Source: a virus (lineage: Duplodnaviria; Caudoviricetes). Taken from it: a stretch of 64,000 bases of DNA. Made by a program: the position numbers and the translations under genes. The stretch is taken from positions 64,641 to 128,640 of the IMG/VR virus record IMGVR_UViG_3300032317_000216; one strand, written 5' to 3'. This document shows, piece after piece, positions 41,053 to 50,847 of the stretch. Under the pieces are notes generated by a model that was not told where the DNA came from, ran no database searches, and worked only from the letters and a program-made list of their open reading frames with translations. The first letter of the stretch is position 1. Every line of letters starts with the position of its first letter.

Positions 41053-41289
41053 CTATTTTACATTAAAACTATAACGGAGTATGCCTTTATTTATGTTATA
41101 TACTTTACCCTTTTTTTCACCTCTGTTATTAACAGTGACAAAACTCAATGCATCTCCTGTAACCACAGGCCCATTGAATATCTTCTCCCCTGCAAGGTGA
41201 ATGGAATACTCTTTAACCCCAGAACTGACATTAAAAACCTTGATTGTGTCTTTGTCTGCTACTGCGGAAAACCCAGAATTAGCTGCCAT
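41053..41289 (-). CDS. hypothetical late protein
   Basis: TATAAATA upstream on the minus strand. Confidence 0.55.
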   Translation of the reverse strand: MAANSGFSAVADKDTIKVFNVSSGVKEYSIHLAGEKIFNGPVVTGDALSFVTVNNRGEKKGKVYNINKGILRYSFNVK

Positions 41290-41332
41290 ATTGTTATTTA
41301 TATTTATGTGGTTTTAATAAATAATTTAAAGT

Positions 41333-43465
41333 ATGGCCAATCAAATCACAAAAATAATCATAAGAAACGGTACAGATCTACAAAGAAGAACAGCCAACAT
41401 CACAGGTATCACATTTAATCTATCTGAGCCTGCTTATTGCACTGATACTCAGCGGCTGTACATTGGCAATGGTGCTGTGGGTGGAATCCCTGTTAGTACA
41501 AGAAATCTGGGACGAGTAGATACTCTGTTTGGTAGTTATCTGCAGACTGGTTTTAGTGAACAAGCGTACATTGCTTTCACGTCACAAGGTGCAGAAGTAG
41601 GTGATATTATTTTTGATGCTTCTACAAGAACATTGTATAGTTTGAGCTCCAGAAGCAACTTTGCAACCAGTGAAATACCTGCAGTATCTGATTTAGTTAA
41701 ATATGATGCTTCTACTCTTATAAATGCCATACAATTTTATTATGATTCAGATCTAAAATTGAACCTTGAAACTCAAGGTGTAGCAGTTACAAATTTAAAT
41801 AGTAACGTTATTGATGGAATCACTCTCACAAAACCAACACCTGCAACACCAATTAGTATTGCACTAGGGTCAGTAAGCAATGGTGTGGGTATTGAACACT
41901 TGAAGCACATACAAGACAATTCTCTATATATTAACTCTAAGAACGACATTGATGCACCAATGATTCAGCATGTTGGTCCAGGTCAAGTTGTAGGCAGGAC
42001 ATTCTCTTCAACTCTTACATCTATCAGCATTAATCAAATTCTCAACACAGCTTCATATACTGCTGGGCCAGGTTTAATCATAACATCTACTCCAGAGAGT
42101 GTATTGTTTGATCTTGACCCATTATATATTTCTTGCGGTAATCAATTTTATATAAACAGAAACACCAGTCTGAATGGTAATTTGAGCTGCATAAACAGCA
42201 TAGCCACAGGCAATGCTGGTGTTAGTGGCAGCTTTACTGTGGGTGGCAGCGCTAACATAATAGGTCCTTTGAGATGCACAAGCAGTGTAACAACAGGCAA
42301 TGCTGGTGTGAGTGGCAACTTTACAACAAATGGCAATGCATTCATAGATGGCAACACCACCCTAGGTAATGCCAACACAGATACAACCATCATAAGGGGC
42401 ATAACCAAGATTGCTGACAGTTCTGCTACTAATGGCATACTATTTGGTTCAGGTGATGCAAATTATGATACCAATCTGTACAGAAGTGCTGCAGTTACAT
42501 TGAAGACGGATGATAACTTTATTGTTGATTTGAATTTAAATGTTAACGGCAGTACCACTCTAGGTAATACAGATGCAGATGCAACTATCATAAGAGGCAT
42601 AACCAAGATTGCTGACAGTTCTGCTACTAATGGCATATTGTTTGGCGCAAACAATACAAGCTATGATACCAACCTGTATCGATCTGATTATGATGAATTA
42701 AAAACAGATGATAGTTTAATTGTTAATTTAGATCTGAGTGTAAATGGCAATACTACACTTGGCAATACAAATGCAGATACAACCATCATAAGAGGCATAA
42801 CCAAAATTGCTGACAGCTCTCAAACAAATGGTATCTTGTTTGGATCTGGTGATGCAAATTATGACACAAACTTGTACAGAAGCGCTGCAGTTACATTAAA
42901 GACAGATGATAACTTCATTGTTGATTTGAATCTAACTGTTAACGGCAATGCATCCGTAGGTGGCAATACTACTCTTGGCAATGCAAATGCAGATGCAACT
43001 ATCATAAGAGGCACAACTAAAATTGCTGATAGCTCCTCTGCTAGAGGCATACTATTTGGTTCAGGTGATACAGATTATGACACCAATCTGTACAGAAGTG
43101 CTGCAAATACTCTAAGGACTGATGACAACTTCATTGTTGCAGGCAATCTCAATGTTAGCGGAAGCACAAACATAACTGGAAACTTGGATGTCACAGGTCT
43201 CATAACATCCCCCACTTTTGGAGCACTAAAAAACATGGCATCATTTGCTTCCCCGAGAATTAATGCTGGTACTATTCCACTTTTTAGAGCCACATACGAC
43301 ATACAAATTATCACAACACCTAGTGTTAACGCAACAGGTGGAACACCTACCTTCAGTCCTGCAATAACCAATGGTACAACTATTGCCGCAGGTACTCTGG
43401 TAAGTCTAGTGGCTGGCACAAGTCTCACAAATGTGAGCATTTCGTTTGGATATAAATACACCTAA
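41333..43465 (+). CDS. tail fibre protein with Mtd_N-like N-terminus and internal repeats
   Basis: KIIIRNGT...EPAYCTDTQRLYIGNG N-terminus; four ~66-aa repeats. Confidence 0.8.
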   Translation: MANQITKIIIRNGTDLQRRTANITGITFNLSEPAYCTDTQRLYIGNGAVGGIPVSTRNLGRVDTLFGSYLQTGFSEQAYIAFTSQGAEVGDIIFDASTRTLYSLSSRSNFATSEIPAVSDLVKYDASTLINAIQFYYDSDLKLNLETQGVAVTNLNSNVIDGITLTKPTPATPISIALGSVSNGVGIEHLKHIQDNSLYINSKNDIDAPMIQHVGPGQVVGRTFSSTLTSISINQILNTASYTAGPGLIITSTPESVLFDLDPLYISCGNQFYINRNTSLNGNLSCINSIATGNAGVSGSFTVGGSANIIGPLRCTSSVTTGNAGVSGNFTTNGNAFIDGNTTLGNANTDTTIIRGITKIADSSATNGILFGSGDANYDTNLYRSAAVTLKTDDNFIVDLNLNVNGSTTLGNTDADATIIRGITKIADSSATNGILFGANNTSYDTNLYRSDYDELKTDDSLIVNLDLSVNGNTTLGNTNADTTIIRGITKIADSSQTNGILFGSGDANYDTNLYRSAAVTLKTDDNFIVDLNLTVNGNASVGGNTTLGNANADATIIRGTTKIADSSSARGILFGSGDTDYDTNLYRSAANTLRTDDNFIVAGNLNVSGSTNITGNLDVTGLITSPTFGALKNMASFASPRINAGTIPLFRATYDIQIITTPSVNATGGTPTFSPAITNGTTIAAGTLVSLVAGTSLTNVSISFGYKYT
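42349..43160 (+). repeat. four tandem ~198-bp (66-aa) intragenic repeats in the tail fibre
   Basis: GNTTLGN..DTTIIRGITKIADSS..NGILFG....YDTNLYRS....LKTDD repeated 4 times. Confidence 0.92.
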
Positions 43466-43479
43466 GCATAAATTAATAT

Positions 43480-44202
43480 ATGCTAGGTGGACTCATAGGT
43501 GATGGTGAATTTCAGATAACATTCGGCACTCCTGGTGCGTTCTTATTAGCACAAAATCTAGCTAACATAATGGATGCAAATTATCCTGGTGTTCGAGCTT
43601 CAGGCCCAGTGCGTGTGGTGTTTACCATGCGAGGCAATCTTGGATGCAATACTAATAATAGTGGCGTGGCATTGTATACAGGATCATGGATACCAGGTTC
43701 TGAAATTGTATTAAATGTGCCTGCAAACACAGGGCTTCAAAATTCACCAGAAGGATTAATCTTAGGCAATGGTGGATCAGCAGCCAGAGGCGCAGAGCCA
43801 GGTTCTGCAATTTCATTGGGATATAATTTAACCATAGTCAATAATGGTATCATTGGTGCAGGTGGAGGCTGCGGTGCAGATCGCGGAGGTCCCGATGGCA
43901 ATGGTGGTGGCGGTGCAGGGCAGCCTGGTGGGTTTTCTGTAGAAGGCAGTGGAGCTGGTGCTAGATTTTCTGGTGGTGGAGGGTCAGGTGGATCAGGTTG
44001 GGGAGCAGGATTAGGCATGATAGGTGGATGTGCATCCTACTGTCCAAGTCAAGGTGCAGGAGTTTTACCATTAATAAAAAATGGTTGGACATTGACATTT
44101 GACCCAGCTAGCACGCACCCATGGTTTGCAGGCAACAGAGGCATACGTTCAAATGTTTGTGATCCTATCAATAACCCTGCGCACAGAACTGCACCTTATT
44201 AA
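43480..44202 (+). CDS. receptor-recognising adhesin (T-even gp38-like, glycine-rich)
   Basis: ILGNGG, LTIVNNGIIGAGGG and GGGGAG glycine motifs; directly after the fibre gene. Confidence 0.75.
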   Translation: MLGGLIGDGEFQITFGTPGAFLLAQNLANIMDANYPGVRASGPVRVVFTMRGNLGCNTNNSGVALYTGSWIPGSEIVLNVPANTGLQNSPEGLILGNGGSAARGAEPGSAISLGYNLTIVNNGIIGAGGGCGADRGGPDGNGGGGAGQPGGFSVEGSGAGARFSGGGGSGGSGWGAGLGMIGGCASYCPSQGAGVLPLIKNGWTLTFDPASTHPWFAGNRGIRSNVCDPINNPAHRTAPY

Positions 44203-44831
44203 TTTAAACTGAGCGCTGTTGTTGGTTTATTGTTAATAATTCCCTTGAGATAGGTATTAAAAGCCAGTGATATTCTCGTACTTGATGAAGTATTAATTCC
44301 AACCCCATGTAAAAGATAAGATGGGAAAAGAACTAAATCATATTCATTTGGAATTACTTTCCACAAATTGGAATTAAATGCAGTATATTCCTGTTTTCTA
44401 TATTCAAGTGGTGTGTATTTTGGGTCTGCAAATGTAAGATGACCAGCATTCATATCTGTTTTATAATAGAATGTACCACTTAAGAAAGAATTGGGGTGAG
44501 TATGTACTTGATGATAGTCACCTGGAGCACTTTTATTTATCCAAGATTGTGTAATATAAATTTCAATATCCTTCTCTGCTCTTAATAATTCGTAAAAGTA
44601 AATATCAACATGCTTTTTAATAGCTTTGTGAATTGTTGTGCTTGAATTTGTATTTAAAATATTTTGATCACTTGTAAATTTGTTTCCTATATTCTCAATC
44701 ATTAATTCTCGCTTATCTAAATTAACATTGTTAAAAACTGCATCTACTTCTTGTACATTCAATTCAGCTTTAATGTTCGTATGATAGAGCGGGCTGCTGA
44801 ATAAAGGTGTTATGGTGGTACTCATTTTCAT
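44199..44831 (-). CDS. 2OG-Fe(II) oxygenase (TIGR02466-like)
   Basis: SWIN, HTHPNSFLSGTFY, LFPSYLLHGV and RISLAFN motifs. Confidence 0.88.
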   Translation of the reverse strand: MKMSTTITPLFSSPLYHTNIKAELNVQEVDAVFNNVNLDKRELMIENIGNKFTSDQNILNTNSSTTIHKAIKKHVDIYFYELLRAEKDIEIYITQSWINKSAPGDYHQVHTHPNSFLSGTFYYKTDMNAGHLTFADPKYTPLEYRKQEYTAFNSNLWKVIPNEYDLVLFPSYLLHGVGINTSSSTRISLAFNTYLKGIINNKPTTALSLN

Positions 44832-44905
44832 AATTGTATAAACGTAATGTTGAAAAACAACAAATATAATTGATTAACGTTCAATTACTTTATAAGTAAA
44901 CAAAT

Positions 44906-45682
44906 ATGATATACTGGAGCTTGCCAAATAATAATTCTTATGTTAGTGTGGAAAGAAACGGGTTCAATACAGCTATAGGAGAGACAATTCTTGAATCTTT
45001 TTATCCAGAATTATATAGAAAGATGAAAGCTCCTATTGAAGAAAGACAGGTCTTCAAGGATGCAATGAAAGACACAAATGGAGATTTAGTACGCATAGTA
45101 GTACCTTGTGAAGCTGTACCAACTCCTGTTCCAGGTTTAGCTTATTACTACAGCAAAACTACTGACAACCACTATGCATTTGTAGAAAGAAAACCACCAC
45201 ACACTTTCATTCCACAAGCTACAGAAAGTACACGCGGTGTACCACATGCATTAATACGTCATCCAGTAGACAGATTCAAAAGTTTTATCAATCGTTGGAC
45301 CCCACAACTTCATATGAGCAATTATGAGTTTGATATGTACACGTGCATACATAATGCTGTTATGAGTTTGAATCAATTAGCTCCCAACGAACCTTTTCAA
45401 TACAGCAGCGGACAACTGACTCCACAAGTTGCTCTTTTAGATAACACATTTTCAGGTATTCGTTTTTATAGATACTCAGAGCATATTGACAATCTCACAG
45501 AGGACTTGCAACTGCTAGTAAAACCAACAAAAGAACCCTCAACAATTGTAACGCCTGTTACACTAACCCCAGCTCATGAAGCAATAATTAGTAATCATTT
45601 CAAAGCTGACTTAGACCTATATAGTAGCATTACAAAACCAGGAATTGTGTTATCACCACAAGGTATAGTAGTAAAAGCATAA
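44906..45682 (+). CDS. sulfotransferase family 2-like protein
   Basis: RHPVDRFKS (3'-PB-like motif) and LTPQ; the 5'-PSB motif is degenerate. Confidence 0.5.
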   Translation: MIYWSLPNNNSYVSVERNGFNTAIGETILESFYPELYRKMKAPIEERQVFKDAMKDTNGDLVRIVVPCEAVPTPVPGLAYYYSKTTDNHYAFVERKPPHTFIPQATESTRGVPHALIRHPVDRFKSFINRWTPQLHMSNYEFDMYTCIHNAVMSLNQLAPNEPFQYSSGQLTPQVALLDNTFSGIRFYRYSEHIDNLTEDLQLLVKPTKEPSTIVTPVTLTPAHEAIISNHFKADLDLYSSITKPGIVLSPQGIVVKA

Positions 45683-45685
45683 ACT

Positions 45686-46288
45686 ATGGCTTATCATTTT
45701 AATGAAAATGAATATGCACATGTTCCAGGGCTTGTTCCTTTGGAAATTTGTGAACTTGCAACAACCTATGCTTTGATGAAAAAGCGTTTAGAGTATACCC
45801 CAGAAACTGTACCTGAGCGGGATGGTACACATGCAGCTTATGCTGATACATTAATGGAATCAATTTTATTGCTATTAAAACCTAAAATAGAAATTATAAC
45901 TCAACTTGAACTCTTTCCTACATACACATACTACCGTATCTATAAACCAGGTGATACACTGCCTATTCACAAAGACAGAGCAGCATGTGAGATCAGTGTA
46001 ACTGCATGCTTGGGTCATCATTATGTTACTGATGCCAAGGAATATAGTTGGGATATGCACTTGCAAAACAATGAGGGTGCAACTGTGACACCAAAGTGCA
46101 CAGTAGGTGATGCTGTAGTATATAAAGGATGCAAGGTGCCTCACTGGAGAGATGCATTTGATGCAAAGACTGAATCATATCAAGTGCAGGCATTTTTTCA
46201 CTATGTCGACAAACATGGTAGTAGCGCTGACTATAAGTATGACTGCAGACCCAATATTGGTGATCCCATTACATCTAAACAATATTGA
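45686..46288 (+). CDS. 2OG-Fe(II) oxygenase
   Basis: PTYTYYRIY, HKDRAACEIS, GDAVVYKG..HWR and QAFFHY motifs. Confidence 0.85.
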   Translation: MAYHFNENEYAHVPGLVPLEICELATTYALMKKRLEYTPETVPERDGTHAAYADTLMESILLLLKPKIEIITQLELFPTYTYYRIYKPGDTLPIHKDRAACEISVTACLGHHYVTDAKEYSWDMHLQNNEGATVTPKCTVGDAVVYKGCKVPHWRDAFDAKTESYQVQAFFHYVDKHGSSADYKYDCRPNIGDPITSKQY

Positions 46289-46305
46289 TTGTAATAAATA
46301 TACAT

Positions 46306-46506
46306 ATGACATTCAAAGAATACTTCAAAGAAGCTTTTGTGTCGCCATTTGTTAGTAGAAATATGCCTCAAGCTTCTAACAACATGGGACCTGATCAAGG
46401 AATGACGTCAGGAGACTTAATGAATACCTTTCCTAGCTCTTTGAAGAGTGTTAATGTGAATATGCCAACAAAGAAAAAGAAAATTAAGAAGAAAAGAAAA
46501 GCTTAG
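46306..46506 (+). CDS. small basic late protein with T4 capsid-targeting-like N-terminus
   Basis: MTFKEYFKE start after TAAATA; Lys-rich C-terminus. Confidence 0.55.
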   Translation: MTFKEYFKEAFVSPFVSRNMPQASNNMGPDQGMTSGDLMNTFPSSLKSVNVNMPTKKKKIKKKRKA

Positions 46507-47056
46507 CCAAATTATTAGCCCTGCCTTTTACCTGTGCAGCCCACTTACTATTAAGAATCTCTTCACCAGCCTTTTTGTAATTACCTGCATCAATGTGTTG
46601 TTTTGTATTTATGAATTTGCTTAACCGAGTGTAACCAAGATTAAAAGACATATCTAATACAGCAAGCTTAACATTTCTAGGAAGCCCATCAAACTGTGGA
46701 AGAAATTTCTTTGCATCATTGTAAGCTGTCTTGATGTTTATTTGAAATAATGTTTTGATTTGATCATCAGTTAAATCTTGCTGTCCGTTGAGGACTTTAT
46801 TATAATCAGCACCAATGCTTTTGAGTATAGCAGGTGCATCAGGTCGAGTTAAATTGAACCCTATGCCAATAGTTTTTTTGCCTACAGAATCGAGATACAC
46901 ATGATTCTTGTGTCCTTCATGCTTTTTAATTAAAGACAACACATCATCAAAAGTAATGCGAGTATCAGCTACATTCTGCACAATAGCGGAAGATGGTGGT
47001 GGAGGTGCATCAGCAACAGCCTCTAATAGCTCTTGTATTCTCCTGTAAAATTGCAC
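46484..47056 (-). CDS. lysozyme (GH24/T4-like)
   Basis: HEG...YLDSVGKKTIGIGFNL, DMSFNLG and SKWAAQVKGRA motifs. Confidence 0.9.
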   Translation of the reverse strand: MQFYRRIQELLEAVADAPPPPSSAIVQNVADTRITFDDVLSLIKKHEGHKNHVYLDSVGKKTIGIGFNLTRPDAPAILKSIGADYNKVLNGQQDLTDDQIKTLFQINIKTAYNDAKKFLPQFDGLPRNVKLAVLDMSFNLGYTRLSKFINTKQHIDAGNYKKAGEEILNSKWAAQVKGRANNLAKLFFSS

Positions 47057-47064
47057 CTAATTAT

Positions 47065-47628
47065 TTAATTAAGCACAGCAACTTTAACTATCTTAGGATG
47101 TGAATCAGCAAAATCTAAGGCATCTCTTTTATTGACAAAGAACACATCAATTACAGGCAATTTACCACCAGAAGCAACTTTATTCTTTACAGCAGTTCCT
47201 GTATCAACAGCTTTTACAAGACCCACATTGGGTATAATAACCTCTTTATCATAAGGAATAATTCTAGGATCCACAGCAATGGACTCACCTTCTTTGAGAG
47301 TATAGCCTGTGGAGCTTCTCATCCTGCGGCTATCAGAATCAGTGCCTGCGCCTCTGGCCCAATACACTGTCAGTCTCACTGTAAGTACTTTGACTTCACG
47401 GTTTTCTACAGGTATAGAAATGCCTTTAAATCTAATATTCCCTTTACTGACTACAATGGACTTAGCCAGCTTAGTTTCTTCACTGTGCACAGCTTGCTTC
47501 AATTCCTTCTTTAGCTCTTTTACATTAGTTGGACCACTAGCCATGGATGTAAAGCTAAAAGGTAAAGTTGTTACCATTAGCCCTACCAGTGTAGCGAGTA
47601 TTGTGTGTGTTTTGTTGTTTGTTTTCAT
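47065..47628 (-). CDS. 3D-domain (MltA-like) cell-wall protein with N-terminal membrane anchor
   Basis: LTVY, IAVDPRIIP, AVDTG and VIDVF (three Asp motifs); hydrophobic N-terminus. Confidence 0.82.
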   Translation of the reverse strand: MKTNNKTHTILATLVGLMVTTLPFSFTSMASGPTNVKELKKELKQAVHSEETKLAKSIVVSKGNIRFKGISIPVENREVKVLTVRLTVYWARGAGTDSDSRRMRSSTGYTLKEGESIAVDPRIIPYDKEVIIPNVGLVKAVDTGTAVKNKVASGGKLPVIDVFFVNKRDALDFADSHPKIVKVAVLN

Positions 47629-47756
47629 AAAATAAAAAATAACTGCTTGAGCAGCAGGCACTAAAAGGCCAAATAACTATAATGTTGTTGTATCATTATT
47701 TATTCAAATAATACAGGAAACCTAGGGTGATTCAAGCTTAAAAAACTGCCAAATTC

Positions 47757-48191
47757 TTATTCCCAGGGAAAAACAACCCAAGTACTGTTGTCAACATTTT
47801 CTCCGACAATATCCGGCACAAACTTAGTCCTTTGTTTCATATATAAAGAAACAGTTACAAGTTGTTTATGACTGTATAATTTCTTGGCTATTGTGAAGCT
47901 ATCACCTGTATCAGAAATATCATCAATTAACAAGATTTTATTGTTGTATGTTAAATTGGGCAATTGATATATTTCAGCACCATCTTTTTCTTGATCTTTA
48001 TATGTCTTCAATCCAAAAGAATGTACTTTGCGTATGCCTAGAAGATTGCTAATAATTACTGCAGGCATCAGACCACCTCTGCTAATACCAACCACTTCGT
48101 ACTCCAATATATCTGTATATTTCTCTTTGAGGTCTTTTACTATTTTCTCACAGCACGGGTGCACATCATGCCAGGTATAAAGCGTCTTCAT
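47757..48191 (-). CDS. purine phosphoribosyltransferase (xanthine-guanine PRT-like)
   Basis: GISRGGL, LLIDDISDTGDS and WVVFPWE motifs. Confidence 0.88.
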   Translation of the reverse strand: MKTLYTWHDVHPCCEKIVKDLKEKYTDILEYEVVGISRGGLMPAVIISNLLGIRKVHSFGLKTYKDQEKDGAEIYQLPNLTYNNKILLIDDISDTGDSFTIAKKLYSHKQLVTVSLYMKQRTKFVPDIVGENVDNSTWVVFPWE

Positions 48192-48224
48192 GCTTTATTA
48201 TCTGTTGTAAAAATTAAAAATCAA

Positions 48225-48698
48225 CTACGAGTTAAAGTTATATCTCTTTAACATGCCAGGCATTTTGCCAGCGCGTCTTAACTTTTCTATGTCTCTTTCT
48301 ATTTCTATAAGAGCACGAACTGCATGCATTAAGAATCCATGCTTTTCTTTTATCCTTTTATATACAAAATTAGGTTCATTATTTTTAATTCTTTTGGCAA
48401 GATCTTCAAATTTTTTAGTTATATTGTCCTTTAGACCACCCAAGGTAACAACACCAAATCCAGACACATTAACTTTTGATTTGTCTAAATCAACCTTGTC
48501 TATTTCTTCTATCCAGCCAGCCCTTACTCTCTCAGGCTGCATGGGGGTGGTTTCTTCTGCTTCATTGTCTCTATAATCTACTGGTGCTATGGCATTATCT
48601 GGTATGTTTTGTGTTTGAACCTCAGTATGGTTAGCATTAGCATTTGGTTTGAGCTTATTAAGATACACTTGCTCTATCAAAAAGACATCTCTGTTCAC
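48225..48698 (-). CDS. hypothetical late protein
   Basis: TATAAATA upstream on the minus strand. Confidence 0.55.
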   Translation of the reverse strand: MNRDVFLIEQVYLNKLKPNANANHTEVQTQNIPDNAIAPVDYRDNEAEETTPMQPERVRAGWIEEIDKVDLDKSKVNVSGFGVVTLGGLKDNITKKFEDLAKRIKNNEPNFVYKRIKEKHGFLMHAVRALIEIERDIEKLRRAGKMPGMLKRYNFNS

Positions 48699-48710
48699 TT
48701 AAGTATTTAT

Positions 48711-48956
48711 ATGGAGAAGTCCAAATTGGACAAATTAAAATCCATGACCCGTAAAGAGGTCTGTGATTTTGTAGCAGAGAACTGGGATTTATTTAAATCA
48801 TGTGATAGCTGTGAATCCATCTTATCGCAAAGAACAAACATATGTCCAGTGTGTTCATGTTACAGATTTAATGCACAAGAAAAACTAATCAAAAAACTAG
48901 CTAAAAAATTTAAAAACAAACCAAGAACAAGCTTACTTGATTCCGATTTTTTGTAG
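48711..48956 (+). CDS. small zinc-ribbon protein
   Basis: CDSC...CPVC. Confidence 0.6.
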   Translation: MEKSKLDKLKSMTRKEVCDFVAENWDLFKSCDSCESILSQRTNICPVCSCYRFNAQEKLIKKLAKKFKNKPRTSLLDSDFL

Positions 48957-49157
48957 ATCAAGCCGGTCATTAAGATGTTGAGATAAAAAAATTACTTTTT
49001 TCATTATCTCTTCTTTCTTAACACCTTTACTTTTTTTTGCCTCTAAATAGAGGTCCAAGACTAAATCTGCGGTAATTTTTTTCCGCTCACTCATAATAAT
49101 ATTTAATATTTTCTTTAATAATAGTTGATTTTAATTATATATTCTATAATTAGTCAT

Positions 49158-49355
49158 ATGGAAAATAACTTCATTACACAAATTGTTGAACTAGCAAACA
49201 CATTGACAGCAGACTATGAAAAGTTTTTTGTCAAACAACAGAACGCAGCTTCTTCTCGCCTTCGCAAGGGGCTAAAAGCAATTGCTGATGTCTGCAAAGC
49301 TGAGCGCAAAAATATTACAGAAGTAAGAAATGGCCGCAAAGCCAAGTCTGCTTAA
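49158..49355 (+). CDS. histone H1-like protein Hc1 family
   Basis: ADYEKF..KQQNAASSRLRK.L..I...KAERK matches the Hc1 N-terminal domain. Confidence 0.75.
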   Translation: MENNFITQIVELANTLTADYEKFFVKQQNAASSRLRKGLKAIADVCKAERKNITEVRNGRKAKSA

Positions 49356-49639
49356 AGCTTAAAGTATATCTTAAAAAGATAGCTTGCAACTAAATGGGTT
49401 AACAGCCCTGCAAAAGCTGTTGCAATAATAAAATTAAACTCTCCCCTCAGGGGGTTATAAAACAAAGAAGTAGCAACACCTATCCAAAAACTGCTGCATT
49501 CTGGGCACAATAATGGCTTGCTAATAAGCGGTATTTTTGCTATCATGTTCCTAATAGGAATAAAGATTTTTGCAAAACTCCACATTTGAGACACTGAAAC
49601 AGATAGTAATAAAAAAACTATTATACCACTCAACATCAT
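49352..49639 (-). CDS. DUF1360-like membrane protein
   Basis: IFIPIR..LLCPECSSFWIG motif with hydrophobic helices. Confidence 0.7.
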   Translation of the reverse strand: MMLSGIIVFLLLSVSVSQMWSFAKIFIPIRNMIAKIPLISKPLLCPECSSFWIGVATSLFYNPLRGEFNFIIATAFAGLLTHLVASYLFKIYFKL

Positions 49640-50064
49640 AAAAAGAATATCCTGAGTTTATCACCTTTACTAGTAACACTAAAACTTCGAAAGTTGAATC
49701 TGTCTTGTATTAAGCGAGTATAAAAATCAGCATATGCTTCATCAGTATCATCTATCTCAAAAATTTTTCCTGCAACATCATAAAAGCTGTTATTTTCAAT
49801 TATTGAGTTAATAGTTTGCTGTAAAGAAGCATTCTTATCAAAGAAATTCTTTAAACAGTCGAATACACTCTCATAATGCTTTTCAATGAACAATTGAACT
49901 TTTCTTGCACAACTGCATTGTGGATTATTTTTAAAAGATGCTATATCTGCTGATATTTCAGAAAATGCACTTTGCAATTCTTCTGCAAAAACAGGCAGAT
50001 TAACAATCAAAGGCATTATTGAGCCAGCTATGGCAGGTGTGGGTTCATTGAGATATAATTTCAT
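49636..50064 (-). CDS. hypothetical protein (CSC motif), paralog of 59233..59652
   Basis: DIASF...CSC, GKI..I, F.SFSV...L.IFF shared with the paralog. Confidence 0.6.
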   Translation of the reverse strand: MKLYLNEPTPAIAGSIMPLIVNLPVFAEELQSAFSEISADIASFKNNPQCSCARKVQLFIEKHYESVFDCLKNFFDKNASLQQTINSIIENNSFYDVAGKIFEIDDTDEAYADFYTRLIQDRFNFRSFSVTSKGDKLRIFFL

Positions 50065-50103
50065 ATTGTTATTATATTTTGTCCAAGAAAAAATTCAACA
50101 GTG

Positions 50104-50748
50104 TTATTCGTAATTATACCCTGGTATTCTGAAGTTTTTCTTTACATTAGGATCTGTAATAATATGACCTGACACCACCCCTGGATATTTCATCACATCA
50201 ACTATGAACTCCGAAAACGGGGATTTAACATTGCCATCAGGTAAAACAATGCCATTTGGTATGCCACCAACTTCTTTATCAAAAGGCCCACTAGCATACA
50301 CAGTTCTAGTACCTGTGGGTGTGTTTTGTTCACTGACTTTGCGGTAAACTGATCCATCTGATGCACGATATCCTGCATTTTTAGGCAGAGGTTTTGCTGC
50401 TGGCTCTTCAACACCTGCACCAGTATTAAGATCAATAATTCTTGCTTCAGGGTCATAATTTGCATAAGAGCGTTCTGACTGTTGCCGCACCTTTTTCTGT
50501 TGATCAGCAATTACAGCAGATTGAATAAGACTGCCAACCAGACCAATAATAGGCCCTATGGGTATGCCGCCTCCACCAGCACTATTCATAGGAGCTCCTC
50601 TGCTTTGCATTGGATATCCAGATTGCATGGGCACTGGTGCTGTGGCATACGACTGTCTTGGTTGTTGTGGAGCAAGACCGTAGGAGAATGTTGACTGTGA
50701 TTGTGCAGAACAACAAATGCTTAGCAACAATATGATTCCTCTTTTCAT
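50104..50748 (-). CDS. secreted/membrane hypothetical protein
   Basis: Signal-peptide-like N-terminus; C-terminal VKSPF...DP...KNFRIP. Confidence 0.55.
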   Translation of the reverse strand: MKRGIILLLSICCSAQSQSTFSYGLAPQQPRQSYATAPVPMQSGYPMQSRGAPMNSAGGGGIPIGPIIGLVGSLIQSAVIADQQKKVRQQSERSYANYDPEARIIDLNTGAGVEEPAAKPLPKNAGYRASDGSVYRKVSEQNTPTGTRTVYASGPFDKEVGGIPNGIVLPDGNVKSPFSEFIVDVMKYPGVVSGHIITDPNVKKNFRIPGYNYE

Positions 50749-50847
50749 GCAATCATATTAAAGGAATCAGAGTTTAAAGCAAGCAAATTCCCTACATAGT
50801 TATAATAACTCAGTGGACTATGTAGCGCATGCGTTTAAGTAACTTTA

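Noticed and set aside
42349-43160. Diversity-generating retroelement TR/VR pair in the fibre gene
   Set aside because: The repeats are tandem, in frame and differ mostly at synonymous sites rather than specifically at adenines; no reverse transcriptase in the window.
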